From assembly GCA_965602015.1 (NCBI GenBank), contig OZ271918.1, positions 2,752,001-2,816,000 on the forward strand: 64,000 nt of DNA. The letters run 5' to 3'. A program made the position numbers and the translations under genes. Below are positions 8,820 through 17,316 of the stretch, one piece after another. The first letter of the stretch is position 1, and every line of letters begins with the position of its first letter. The notes under the pieces were generated by a model, which searched no databases, was not told the origin of the DNA, and saw nothing but the letters and a program-made list of their open reading frames with translations. This DNA comes from Salinispira sp. (GTDB taxonomy: Bacteria; Spirochaetota; Spirochaetia; DSM-27196; Salinispiraceae).

Positions 8820-10235
8820 ATGAATCCGTTTTTTTCCACCCCCAGTTTGATTCTCGCCGGCAGCATGCTGGGCCTAACAATGGGAATTACGCTTCTGGTA
8901 CACGGCACAATGACAAAAACCAGGATGGGGCATTGGTTTGGGACTGCACTGCTCCTCGTTTCGTTTGGTATTATTTCATTCCTGTTTGATGGCCGTTTGC
9001 CGGCTTTGGTTCAACAGCTTATTTCAACTGTTCCGCTTCTTGCCGGGTTTATGGTCTATGAGTTCGGGTTCAGTCATATTTTTCGCAGACCGCTTCGGCC
9101 TGCGGTTCCCCTGATTGCCCTTTCGCTAAGCATTCCATTGCTCGCAGCGGGAACCTTGATCTGGGATAGTTTTATTTTCCGCACAGTGGCGGTAAACAGC
9201 ATTCTCGTTTTTTACTTGATTCGGGTGTCGCTACTTTGCTTTGCCCAAGCGAGGGTACTACCCAAGACCGCGGTCCGTCTTTTTGGTTTTTTAAATCTTA
9301 TGCTGGCATTGGCTCCGCCGATCAGTCTTGCGTTTATTCTTGCGGATTCCCAGACCATCACGGTTAGTAATCATGGTTTTATCAATAGTTTTTACTTCTT
9401 TATGTTTTATTTGTGGATGTTTGTCCTGGTCGGCGGGTACTTTGAGTTTCGCGGCTTGGATAATCGGCAAGAGGACAAGACACAGCGGGATGCTGAAGAA
9501 CTCCTCCTTGATAATCAGCGGTTCCTGAACAGGGTAATCAGTCATGATTTGAACGGTCCCCTGAGCAGCCTGCACAATCTTCTTGTGGAACTGAGAGATT
9601 TACTTCGCGCCGGTCAAATACCCGAGAGTCAGTTTGTCGACGTTATGGTAGACGTCAGCCGTTCGAGTAATCGCCTTCTGCAAAATGTGAGCGATCTTGG
9701 CAAGTATCAGCTTCACCGGGCACTTCCCCGTCCAAGGGAAACCCTCCTTGCACCTTTACTGTGGTCGTCCATTGAATCGATGGAGGTCGAGGCTCAGCTT
9801 CGCAATATTGAAATAATTCAGGAGTTTCAGGAAGATTTATTGGTGCTGGCTGACCAACAGGGTTTACAGGCAGTGGTTCGCAATCTTCTTGAGTTCTTCA
9901 TCGATAGGAGTCCGAAAAACAGTTTTATTCTTCTTCAGGCCGTGCGAAGCAGGGATGATAAAACGCTCATCAATATCCGGATCAAAGATCAGGGCGATGC
10001 TCTCGCTCCGGATTTTATTTCTGATTTAGCAGAATATCTGAATAGACGTCATAATCTCTATTCGAAACAGGAAAATGCCTCAAGCATTGGATTGATGGTT
10101 ATGCTAACGGTCTGCAGAGAACTCAACTGGGATTTGATTTTTTCCAACTTGGATAATAATGAGGGAGTTCAGGCGGAACTTCGCATTCCCGCGTCAGGCA
10201 GTAGGCAAAGCGGGATGATCGACCCGGAGGTCTAA
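8820..10235 (+). CDS. Multi-TM sensor histidine kinase-like protein with degenerate ATPase boxes
   Basis: About 7 TM helices, H-box 'ISHDLNGPL'; N/G boxes diverged ('NLLEFFI', 'DQGDAL', 'SSIGL'). Confidence 0.75.
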   Translation: MNPFFSTPSLILAGSMLGLTMGITLLVHGTMTKTRMGHWFGTALLLVSFGIISFLFDGRLPALVQQLISTVPLLAGFMVYEFGFSHIFRRPLRPAVPLIALSLSIPLLAAGTLIWDSFIFRTVAVNSILVFYLIRVSLLCFAQARVLPKTAVRLFGFLNLMLALAPPISLAFILADSQTITVSNHGFINSFYFFMFYLWMFVLVGGYFEFRGLDNRQEDKTQRDAEELLLDNQRFLNRVISHDLNGPLSSLHNLLVELRDLLRAGQIPESQFVDVMVDVSRSSNRLLQNVSDLGKYQLHRALPRPRETLLAPLLWSSIESMEVEAQLRNIEIIQEFQEDLLVLADQQGLQAVVRNLLEFFIDRSPKNSFILLQAVRSRDDKTLINIRIKDQGDALAPDFISDLAEYLNRRHNLYSKQENASSIGLMVMLTVCRELNWDLIFSNLDNNEGVQAELRIPASGSRQSGMIDPEV

Positions 10236-10765
10236 TCACCCAGTATTATTACTTCTCCGATCACCGTTACTGCAACTTTTCCATCAACGAGCGCCTGACC
10301 GATCATCGATGCAAAATACCCGTCGAAGTCGAGTTTTTTCGCCAAGAGGGTGACTGTGCTGCCTGGCAGGATGGGCTCGAGATAATATGCGCCTGCGATT
10401 CGGGTGGCCCGGGCCGGGACTGGAACCGCATCGGATGCAATATCGGTTTTCCCCCGGGTCTCGAAATAGTACATGCATAGGCCGAGCTGACCGATCATCT
10501 CGAGGGTAAAATTCCCCGGATAGAGCGGAGCGCCGGGGAAATGTCCCTGAAATACCGGATCGCCGGGATCGATATAACGATCTCCGGCGATAAGTCCGGC
10601 ATCCAGGTCAAGACCGGTGATTCGGTCAATGAATAGCAGAGGTTCCCGATGGGGAATGATTTTCTCTATATCCTTTTTTCCATAGTCGCAGCTGACCGGT
10701 AGCGTAGACGGGTCGAACAGAGCTTTTTTTCGGAAACTGCGAAGCAGCTTATCGGGATCGTTCAT
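10232..10765 (-). CDS. FabZ-like 3-hydroxyacyl-ACP dehydratase
   Basis: 'IPHREPLLFIDRI', 'FQGHFPGAPLYPG...EMIGQ' hot-dog dehydratase motifs. Confidence 0.88.
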   Translation of the reverse strand: MNDPDKLLRSFRKKALFDPSTLPVSCDYGKKDIEKIIPHREPLLFIDRITGLDLDAGLIAGDRYIDPGDPVFQGHFPGAPLYPGNFTLEMIGQLGLCMYYFETRGKTDIASDAVPVPARATRIAGAYYLEPILPGSTVTLLAKKLDFDGYFASMIGQALVDGKVAVTVIGEVIILGD

Positions 10766-10780
10766 TGTTGTCCGGTCCTT

Positions 10781-10842
10781 TTTTTTGCGCGCTCGTTTAA
10801 TTTTGCGCGATCATGTTTTTTGCGCAATCATGTTTTTGGCGC
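10781..10842. repeat. Short imperfect tandem repeat (TTTTGCGCRATCATG-like, ~18-19 bp period) in the spt-fabZ spacer
   Basis: ttttttgcgcgctcg / ttttgcgcgatcatg / tttttgcgcaatcatg / tttttggcgc. Confidence 0.55.
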
Positions 10843-10885
10843 TTGTACTATCATTCGGCACTTGAATTGTGCTTTACGGCGCAAA

Positions 10886-12142
10886 CTAGGCTTTAAGGCC
10901 CTTCGCGATGACGTCTTCCATTATGTTGAGTGCTGTATCCATATCTTCCCTGTTGAACTGGGATGAGACTGAGATCCGGAACCGTCGGGCATGGGCGGGA
11001 ACCGCCGGATAGTCAATGGGCTGGAGAAACAGTCCCCGCAGCTGCATTTCGGCGGCGAAGCGAAAGAGTTTTTCTCCGCTTGGCCCGATGATCACCGGGA
11101 TGACCTGGCTTTCGCTGTCGCCGATGTCCAGGCCCATAGCCTGTATGTTTTCCTTGAGGTAGCGGGTATTGGACCAAAGTTTATCCCGCAGGCTTGAATC
11201 TCTGGTAGCCACTTCCAGGGCCTTGATGAGTCCTGCTACAACAGGGGGGCTGGGGGCGCAGGAGAAATTCCAAGCGGATGCATATCCTTTGAGATAGCGG
11301 ACTATGGATGAATTTGAGGCGATGAATCCGCCGACTCCGCCGAAGCTCTTGCTCAGGGTTCCGTATGACATTCCCACCTTATCTTCAAGGCCGAAGTACT
11401 CGCCGATGCCCCCGCCATGGTCTCCGAACATGAGGGTTGAATGAGCCTCATCCAGGTAAACCGGTGTGTTGTACGCATCCGAGAGCTTGACGATTTCCGG
11501 GAGCTTGCAGAGATCCCCGTCCATTGAATACACGCCTTCGACGCAAATCAGTTTTCTCTTGTCTTTGAACTGCTCGAGCTTTTGCTCGAGGCTGTTCATA
11601 TCATTGTGATCGAAAAAGACCATCTTGGCGCCGGAAAGGGTTCCTCCGTCGATCAGGCTTTTATGGATTTTTTCATCGAAGATGACCACATCGCCTTTAC
11701 GGAGCAGTCCCTGGAGGGCGCCCACGTTTCCGCCGTATCCCGATGAGAATAAAAGGGCATCTTCCTTGCCTTTGAGTTTTGCCAGTTTTTTAGCGAACTC
11801 AAGGTGGAGATCCAATGTGCCCGATACAAGCGGTGCTCCGGAGGAACTCATGCCGTATTTATCCACCGCTTCCTTCACCGCTTCAAGCACTTCCGGATGA
11901 GTGGACAGACCCAGGTAATTATAGCTGGTCATGTTTATCATCTTCCGGCGTTTCCCATCCAGATTACTGAGTATTTCAGTCTCCGCGCTGGGCGCCTTCA
12001 ACAGGCTCTGTCCGGTAAAACTGAATGCAGTCTGAACTTCGGGATCCAGGAACCATTCCTCGAAATCCCGAGGCGGGTCCAGAACATTGGGACTGTCGTT
12101 ATAATGAAAATCCGCGAGACTAAAATCGGTAGCTTTTGCCAT
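10886..12142 (-). CDS. PLP-dependent alpha-oxoamine synthase (serine palmitoyltransferase-like)
   Basis: 'SYNYLGL', 'EGVYSMDGD', 'LDEAHS', PLP lysine in 'GTLSKSFG'; adjacent to an ACP and in an operon with a CerS-like GNAT. Confidence 0.85.
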   Translation of the reverse strand: MAKATDFSLADFHYNDSPNVLDPPRDFEEWFLDPEVQTAFSFTGQSLLKAPSAETEILSNLDGKRRKMINMTSYNYLGLSTHPEVLEAVKEAVDKYGMSSSGAPLVSGTLDLHLEFAKKLAKLKGKEDALLFSSGYGGNVGALQGLLRKGDVVIFDEKIHKSLIDGGTLSGAKMVFFDHNDMNSLEQKLEQFKDKRKLICVEGVYSMDGDLCKLPEIVKLSDAYNTPVYLDEAHSTLMFGDHGGGIGEYFGLEDKVGMSYGTLSKSFGGVGGFIASNSSIVRYLKGYASAWNFSCAPSPPVVAGLIKALEVATRDSSLRDKLWSNTRYLKENIQAMGLDIGDSESQVIPVIIGPSGEKLFRFAAEMQLRGLFLQPIDYPAVPAHARRFRISVSSQFNREDMDTALNIMEDVIAKGLKA

Positions 12143-12300
12143 GGTAATTCCTCATTTTGGGATAGATCCGGATGTGGGGTGGATGATGAGAAAGACGGGA
12201 TGATATCCAGGTATGACCGGAGGCCCCATCCCCTGCCGGAACGTCACCGTCCGGCGGAACGGAAATGATCCCGAGCCGCCGGTGGTGAAAGTGGAGCGTA

Positions 12301-12543
12301 CTACTCGACGTGCTCCATAAATTTGTCAGCGAGTCCGTCGATGTCACCGATGTCAGCCAGTTCGGAACGGGGGATCTTGATATCAAGGTCCCGCATTGAA
12401 CAGCTGACAACTTCGATAATATCGAGGCTGTTGGCGCCGTAATCCTTCATGGACTTGGAGGCGTCAATTTCATCCATTTCGATATCATCAAGATTATCGA
12501 CGATGTTTTTTTTGATGACTTCAATGACTTCGTTCTTCGTCAT
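12301..12543 (-). CDS. Acyl carrier protein, AcpK/donor-ACP type
   Basis: 80 aa, acidic; 'GANSLD' Ppant serine and 'IKIPRSEL', as in beta-branching donor ACPs. Confidence 0.88.
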   Translation of the reverse strand: MTKNEVIEVIKKNIVDNLDDIEMDEIDASKSMKDYGANSLDIIEVVSCSMRDLDIKIPRSELADIGDIDGLADKFMEHVE

Positions 12544-12610
12544 GATGTCTCTCCTCTATTAAATCCGTCTCAGTACGGCAAACTCACGGGCGAAAAACCC
12601 GTGGACCGAA

Positions 12611-13432
12611 TCAGGACGTTTGGTTCCGCTTCTCCTTCCAGAGGAGGAAGCGGTGCATGGTATTATCTGAAAAAGGATGGCCGTAGTCAACATTCACCAC
12701 CTGACCATTCATTCCGTCCATGTATCCGCTTGCAAAGGCGAATACCGCCTTTCCGCATTCGTCGGGAGTGAGAATGAGACTTTCATCCGCAAGCCCCTGC
12801 TCCCGAATGTAATCGAAAAACTCTTCCCCAAAAATGGCCGAGAAGCTTTCGGTTTTCACCTGTCCGAATCGAATGACATTAACCCGGGAACCCTCGGGCA
12901 GAAGATGGGCGGCCATATACTTGCCGAAAAATTCCAACAATGCCTTGGAGGCCGCGACATAATCATACCCCGGATAAAAATGATCGGGGCCGTCGCTCGA
13001 TATGCCGATTACCTTCGCCGGATATCTGCCGAATTTCGCCTTTATTTTCCGGGTGTATTCAATCATCGGCCAGGTTGAGTAGTCCAGGGTTTTATACAGG
13101 CTTCGTTTTTTGTATGCGTCGAGATTCTTCATGGTTGCCGCATAGCCCACATTGCTGATAAATATGTCGATGCCTTCGGCAATCCCGGCGGCTTTCTCGA
13201 GCAATGCGTCAGTATCATCATCGTGGGAAACATCAGCCTGAACCAACAGCGGTTCCGGTGCCCCGGCATCGGAAAACTGCTTCTTTAATTCGTCCATGTC
13301 CGCCGATCCCCATTTATAGGTGAGGATCGTTTGGGCGCCGGCCTTCCCGAAATAGAGGGCCGATGCCAGACCGATGCCCTTGGTGCCGCCGGTAATCAGA
13401 ACTGTTTTTCCGCTCATGTCTATTGTAATCAT
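12611..13432 (-). CDS. SDR, FabL/FabI-like enoyl-ACP reductase
   Basis: 'TGGTKGIG'; 'YPGYDYVAASK' (Y-x6-K spacing of SDR enoyl reductases). Confidence 0.7.
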   Translation of the reverse strand: MITIDMSGKTVLITGGTKGIGLASALYFGKAGAQTILTYKWGSADMDELKKQFSDAGAPEPLLVQADVSHDDDTDALLEKAAGIAEGIDIFISNVGYAATMKNLDAYKKRSLYKTLDYSTWPMIEYTRKIKAKFGRYPAKVIGISSDGPDHFYPGYDYVAASKALLEFFGKYMAAHLLPEGSRVNVIRFGQVKTESFSAIFGEEFFDYIREQGLADESLILTPDECGKAVFAFASGYMDGMNGQVVNVDYGHPFSDNTMHRFLLWKEKRNQTS

Positions 13433-13549
13433 GTTTTCTCCTCTCAGGCCTAATCTCCGCCCCGGCGCTGAGCCTCGCTATGATTTGCGGGCTTAGCCCA
13501 TCGCAGACGGATACATCAATAATTTTGCCGTTGCAGTATAGAGATTTTT

Positions 13550-14362
13550 TTAGCCAGCGTACAAATCGTCGATTATTTTTTTGGTTTCCGGATATCCGAA
13601 ACTCAGCGCATGCATCATATCCTCCTGAAGGCGGGCTTCGATGAGCAGCTTTTTTTTCACTGCTGCCAGGGAGTACTTAAGCAATTGCACAGATTTGGGA
13701 TTTTTTTCGGCGATCTGAATGGCGATATCCCGGGCTTTTTCCAGCACCTCGGAGCGCGGAAGAATGTAATTGATATTGGTGGATTTTTCCGCCAGCTCCC
13801 GTCCCTTGTACCGCTTCCCGGTAAACATCATTTCATTCGCAATGTAGGATCCCACGGCCTGCTGAAGCAGGGTGGTGGTTCCCATTCCCGGGGTGAATCC
13901 CATGTTCATAAACACCGTTCCATACCGGGCCTCGCGGGCGGCGATGATTATGTCGGAGCACAGTCCGATGACAAAGCCCCCTCCCATCGCATGTCCTTCC
14001 ATGGCGGAAATCACGGGAAACCGGCAGTTGATAAGCCGCTCGGAAATCACCAAATCCCGCACAACGATTTTACCGCTTGCCAGCTCCATAAGGCTGTCCT
14101 TGTCAGCACCGCCGGAAAATGTGCTGTCCAGCCCACGGAGAATCAAAACCCGGGGATTCGATTCTTCAATTTCATCGAGGGCCAGGAGAAAGTCGGCGAC
14201 AAAATCATGGGAGAATACATTCTGCCCGGGAACATCATGCATGAACAGGGTCGCAATTTCCCTCTCGTCGATTGCCCAGGAGACCCGGCCGTAGCGCTCG
14301 TGAAGCTCCTCGGCTGAACTCCCCTCCTGGTATTCGCTTATTTCTGCTTTTTTGCTCATCAT
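13550..14362 (-). CDS. Beta-branching decarboxylase ECH2 (PksI-like)
   Basis: Crotonase fold; 'GHAMGGGFV', 'FMNMGFTPGMG', C-terminal 'EDMMH'. Start set at ATG 14362, which overlaps the upstream stop. Confidence 0.88.
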   Translation of the reverse strand: MMSKKAEISEYQEGSSAEELHERYGRVSWAIDEREIATLFMHDVPGQNVFSHDFVADFLLALDEIEESNPRVLILRGLDSTFSGGADKDSLMELASGKIVVRDLVISERLINCRFPVISAMEGHAMGGGFVIGLCSDIIIAAREARYGTVFMNMGFTPGMGTTTLLQQAVGSYIANEMMFTGKRYKGRELAEKSTNINYILPRSEVLEKARDIAIQIAEKNPKSVQLLKYSLAAVKKKLLIEARLQEDMMHALSFGYPETKKIIDDLYAG

Positions 14363-15324
14363 TGCATTCCTTTTCCCGATATGGGATTCTCCGGCTTGAA
14401 CCGGGCGAACCACCCGGGAGCCTCTCCGTTGGCAAATGCTTCAAGCCCCGAAAGCACCGCAGGATCTTCCATCCGCGTTAACAGAGCGTCTCTACCTTGC
14501 GAGAGTTTGCTTTCAAAGCTGCTGTCTATCGCAGCAGAGAAAAAGTCCTTGGCGGAGGCCAGGGCCCCGGGTTCGGCGCGCATCATGGTCTTGATTGTGA
14601 TTTTCGCTTTTCGTTCGATCTGATCCGCGGGGTAGACCTCATCTGCCAGTCCGTAATCCCTCGCCCGTTCGGCTCCGATGCGCTGAGCGCTGAGAACGAG
14701 ATAGCGAAATCGCTGAGGGTTCATCCTCAGGGAGAACACATAGGGAAGCACATTGTAGGGAACAAGTCCGAACAGCACTTCCGACAGTTCCCAACTTGCG
14801 GTTTCCGACGCGATAACCACATCACAGGCGGCGGCAAGCCCCACCCCCCCGGCCTTTACGTCACCCTCGACCAGTGCGATTACCGGTTTCCCGCCTTTCA
14901 TTATTCGGGCCAGCAGCCGGGCATATGCATCAACCGCCTTCCGACGCAGTGCGACCGGGTCGCCGGACGATGGATCATTCGGGTCGCCGGCCGACGGATC
15001 ATTTGTGTCGCCGGCCGCCGGAGCATTCTGGCTGCCCGCCGCCGGAGCATCGGGGTCGCCGGGCGCAGCGGCAGCGCTATTGGAGCCCTCGCCCTGTTCT
15101 TCAAGGCTTTGCTGAAGATTATCCAGATCCATTCCGAGACAAAAGCTTTCCTCTCCGGATCGTATCAGGATTAGTTTGACCCGCGGATTGTTTAAGGACG
15201 ACTCAATTTCGGCAGACAGGGCCGCAATGCCGTCGTAGTTTAAACGATTTCCCCGCCCATCGGACATGTGAATAACCGCAAGCCCGCTATCTTCATAGGA
15301 GCTGACGGTTTTAGGCGAAGTCAT
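14359..15324 (-). CDS. Beta-branching dehydratase ECH1 (PksH-like)
   Basis: 'FCLGMDL', 'GDVKAGGVGLAAACD', 'LSEVLFGLVP'. Confidence 0.88.
   Translation of the reverse strand: MTSPKTVSSYEDSGLAVIHMSDGRGNRLNYDGIAALSAEIESSLNNPRVKLILIRSGEESFCLGMDLDNLQQSLEEQGEGSNSAAAAPGDPDAPAAGSQNAPAAGDTNDPSAGDPNDPSSGDPVALRRKAVDAYARLLARIMKGGKPVIALVEGDVKAGGVGLAAACDVVIASETASWELSEVLFGLVPYNVLPYVFSLRMNPQRFRYLVLSAQRIGAERARDYGLADEVYPADQIERKAKITIKTMMRAEPGALASAKDFFSAAIDSSFESKLSQGRDALLTRMEDPAVLSGLEAFANGEAPGWFARFKPENPISGKGMQ
14957..15070. repeat. 24-bp tandem repeat (~4.5 copies) encoding an A/G/D/P/N-rich insert in ECH1
   Basis: Units at 14957, 14981, 15005, 15029, 15053 (GGGTCGCCGGCCGACGGATCATTC-like). Confidence 0.85.
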
Positions 15325-16534
15325 AGCTGCGGTACCAGTCCTTCACCGCCTTGAGAACCAGAAGCCCCGAGCCCTGGTAATGTTTTTTGTACCAGCCGTC
15401 GAGAACCGTGAAGTCTGGTTCAAAATCGGGATTTTCGATATAGGTTTCCCGCAGTTTTTCTAGTTCTTCGTATTCCTCGACGCTGCATACCCGCCGGGCG
15501 TCGAGCTTTTGGTCTATTTTCATTTTTGCCAGTTCGGCCTTTGCGCCGGGAAGTACTTTGCCCGAATAGAATTCGCCGATAGCCCCGGATCCGTAGGCAA
15601 ACAGGGCGATGTCCTTGCCCTCCACATCGTCGGCATGGTTCACCAGTGCCGCCAGCCCCGTGAGATTGCTGGTGCCGTATGTCGATCCCACCCGCCGGCT
15701 GTAATCCAGAGCGGGCAATACCCGGGCATTAAAGTCTACCTTGAGCTCAGCCTTCTTTTTTGGAGCATTTTCCCGGGTCAGGGCCCGATGGGCCTGGAAG
15801 GCGATTCCCGGAAAGGGGGTGTGGTACACGAAATAGGCGAAATCCTTGTCGAAGTCGGTGGATCCGGCATTTCGCTGGTAATCCTCATATGCTCCCTGGA
15901 CCGCATCCATGTAGGAGAACAGGCTTACTTCATTGTTTCCCACTTCTGCCTGAGCGGAGGGACGGAAGGTATCGTAGATGTCGGTTGTCCAGGATCCCTT
16001 CTTCTCGGGATAGTATTCGAGTATTTTCGGCGTATCGGAGATTAGCGCCGCCGCTGCACATCCGCCGAGCACAAATTCTTCCATGAGGCCCAGATGCTGC
16101 CGGGAAAAATCAGTGGCGATAACCAGGGCTTTTTTTCCTTTATTGAGCCCGGAAGCGATCCAGTTCACCGCCGCATCGATTCCCGCAACCCCGGAGTAGC
16201 AGGCGAACTTCGTTTCGAAGTTGCGGACGTTTGATCCCAGGCCGAGGGCGCGGTGTATGTTTGTCGATATGGGTTTACCGAAATCAACCGAACCTTCGGT
16301 ACCGACGATGAGCATGCCGATATCCTTTTTATCTTCCTCGCTCAGTATGGCAAGGGCGGCATTGGCCCCCATGGTTACGGTATCTTCCCAGGCCGGATTG
16401 AGGCTTCGGGTTTCGATGAGATAGTCGTTTTTGATCTGCTCGGGATCCCTGCCCCGGGCAACGGCCAGGTCGGCCTGATTGAGACACATGGATGTGCCGT
16501 ACATGTTCAGCTTTTCTATGCCTACTCTATTCAT
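15311..16534 (-). CDS. HMG-ACP synthase (PksG/HCS-like)
   Basis: 'TEGSVDFGKPIST', catalytic 'ETKFACYSG', 'HTPF', 'YGSG'; AGGAG RBS before ATG 16534. Confidence 0.9.
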   Translation of the reverse strand: MNRVGIEKLNMYGTSMCLNQADLAVARGRDPEQIKNDYLIETRSLNPAWEDTVTMGANAALAILSEEDKKDIGMLIVGTEGSVDFGKPISTNIHRALGLGSNVRNFETKFACYSGVAGIDAAVNWIASGLNKGKKALVIATDFSRQHLGLMEEFVLGGCAAAALISDTPKILEYYPEKKGSWTTDIYDTFRPSAQAEVGNNEVSLFSYMDAVQGAYEDYQRNAGSTDFDKDFAYFVYHTPFPGIAFQAHRALTRENAPKKKAELKVDFNARVLPALDYSRRVGSTYGTSNLTGLAALVNHADDVEGKDIALFAYGSGAIGEFYSGKVLPGAKAELAKMKIDQKLDARRVCSVEEYEELEKLRETYIENPDFEPDFTVLDGWYKKHYQGSGLLVLKAVKDWYRSYDFA

Positions 16535-16572
16535 GCTTTGCTCCTGTATGTTCACGCTCCAGAGACAAGGTC

Positions 16573-17316
16573 CTATGGGGCGTAGGTAAGTCCGGCGGCA
16601 ACCCGTATGTCCTCGCCGGTAATAAATCCCGCCTCATCGGTGGAGAGGTAGTATACCGCGGAGGCAATTTCTTCTGCGGTGCCCACTCTCCGGGCGGGGC
16701 AGTGCTTGACCCAATAGTCTTTAAGCTGATGAGCCATGTTATCGTCTGTCATGTCTGTAGGAACGAAGCCTACGGTTACGATGTTGCTGGTTATGCCCTT
16801 TTTCCCGTATTCCTTGGCGATGGTGAGGCTCATCCCGTGAAGACCCGCTTTGGCCGCCGCGTAATTGACCTGTCCGCTTGAACCGTAGGCCGCCAGGGAA
16901 GACACATGGACAAGCCGGCCCTTTCTGTTGGAGAGGAAGTGGAGGAGAAAACTTCTGGACACAATAAACGGCGCGGTCAGGTCAACATCGATAACGGTCT
17001 TCCACTCCTCGTCGCTCATCAGGGCAGCCGCGTTGTCCCTGAGAGTGGCGGCGTTGTTTACCACAGCGGTCACGCTGCCGAAGTCTTTGATGGCGTTTTC
17101 GCACACTTCTTCAATGGCGTGGTGGTCTACCAGGTCGAGCTGGTAGGATCGGATGTCGGCATCGGAACGCAGTTCCTTGGCCTGGGCTATAGTCTCGTCG
17201 GCGGCTTTACTGTTGGATGCGTAGGTAAAACCCACGTCCCATCCCTCTGAAATAAAACGGAGCACGATGGCCCGCCCGATTCCCCGGGATCCCCCGGTAA
17301 TAAATGCTGCGGGCAT
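16573..17316 (-). CDS. fabG: 3-oxoacyl-ACP reductase (FabG-like SDR)
   Basis: 'TGGSRGIG', 'VNNAA', 'GQVNYAAAK'; start overlaps the KS stop (TAATG). Confidence 0.85.
   Translation of the reverse strand: MPAAFITGGSRGIGRAIVLRFISEGWDVGFTYASNSKAADETIAQAKELRSDADIRSYQLDLVDHHAIEEVCENAIKDFGSVTAVVNNAATLRDNAAALMSDEEWKTVIDVDLTAPFIVSRSFLLHFLSNRKGRLVHVSSLAAYGSSGQVNYAAAKAGLHGMSLTIAKEYGKKGITSNIVTVGFVPTDMTDDNMAHQLKDYWVKHCPARRVGTAEEIASAVYYLSTDEAGFITGEDIRVAAGLTYAP

Noticed and set aside
10886..12142. Oxoamine synthase as biotin BioF or Kbl
   Set aside because: No bio or tdh genes nearby; the ACP and CerS-like context favours a lipid role. Not excluded without phylogeny.
12143..12300. GC-rich spacer between ACP and SPT-like gene as a riboswitch or ncRNA
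   Set aside because: Some hairpin potential but no recognisable family motif; needs an Rfam/covariation search.
15311..16534. HMG-CoA synthase as a mevalonate pathway gene
   Set aside because: It has the PksG-type 'DFGK' signature and ECH1/ECH2/ACP neighbours, with no HMG-CoA reductase or mevalonate kinases nearby.
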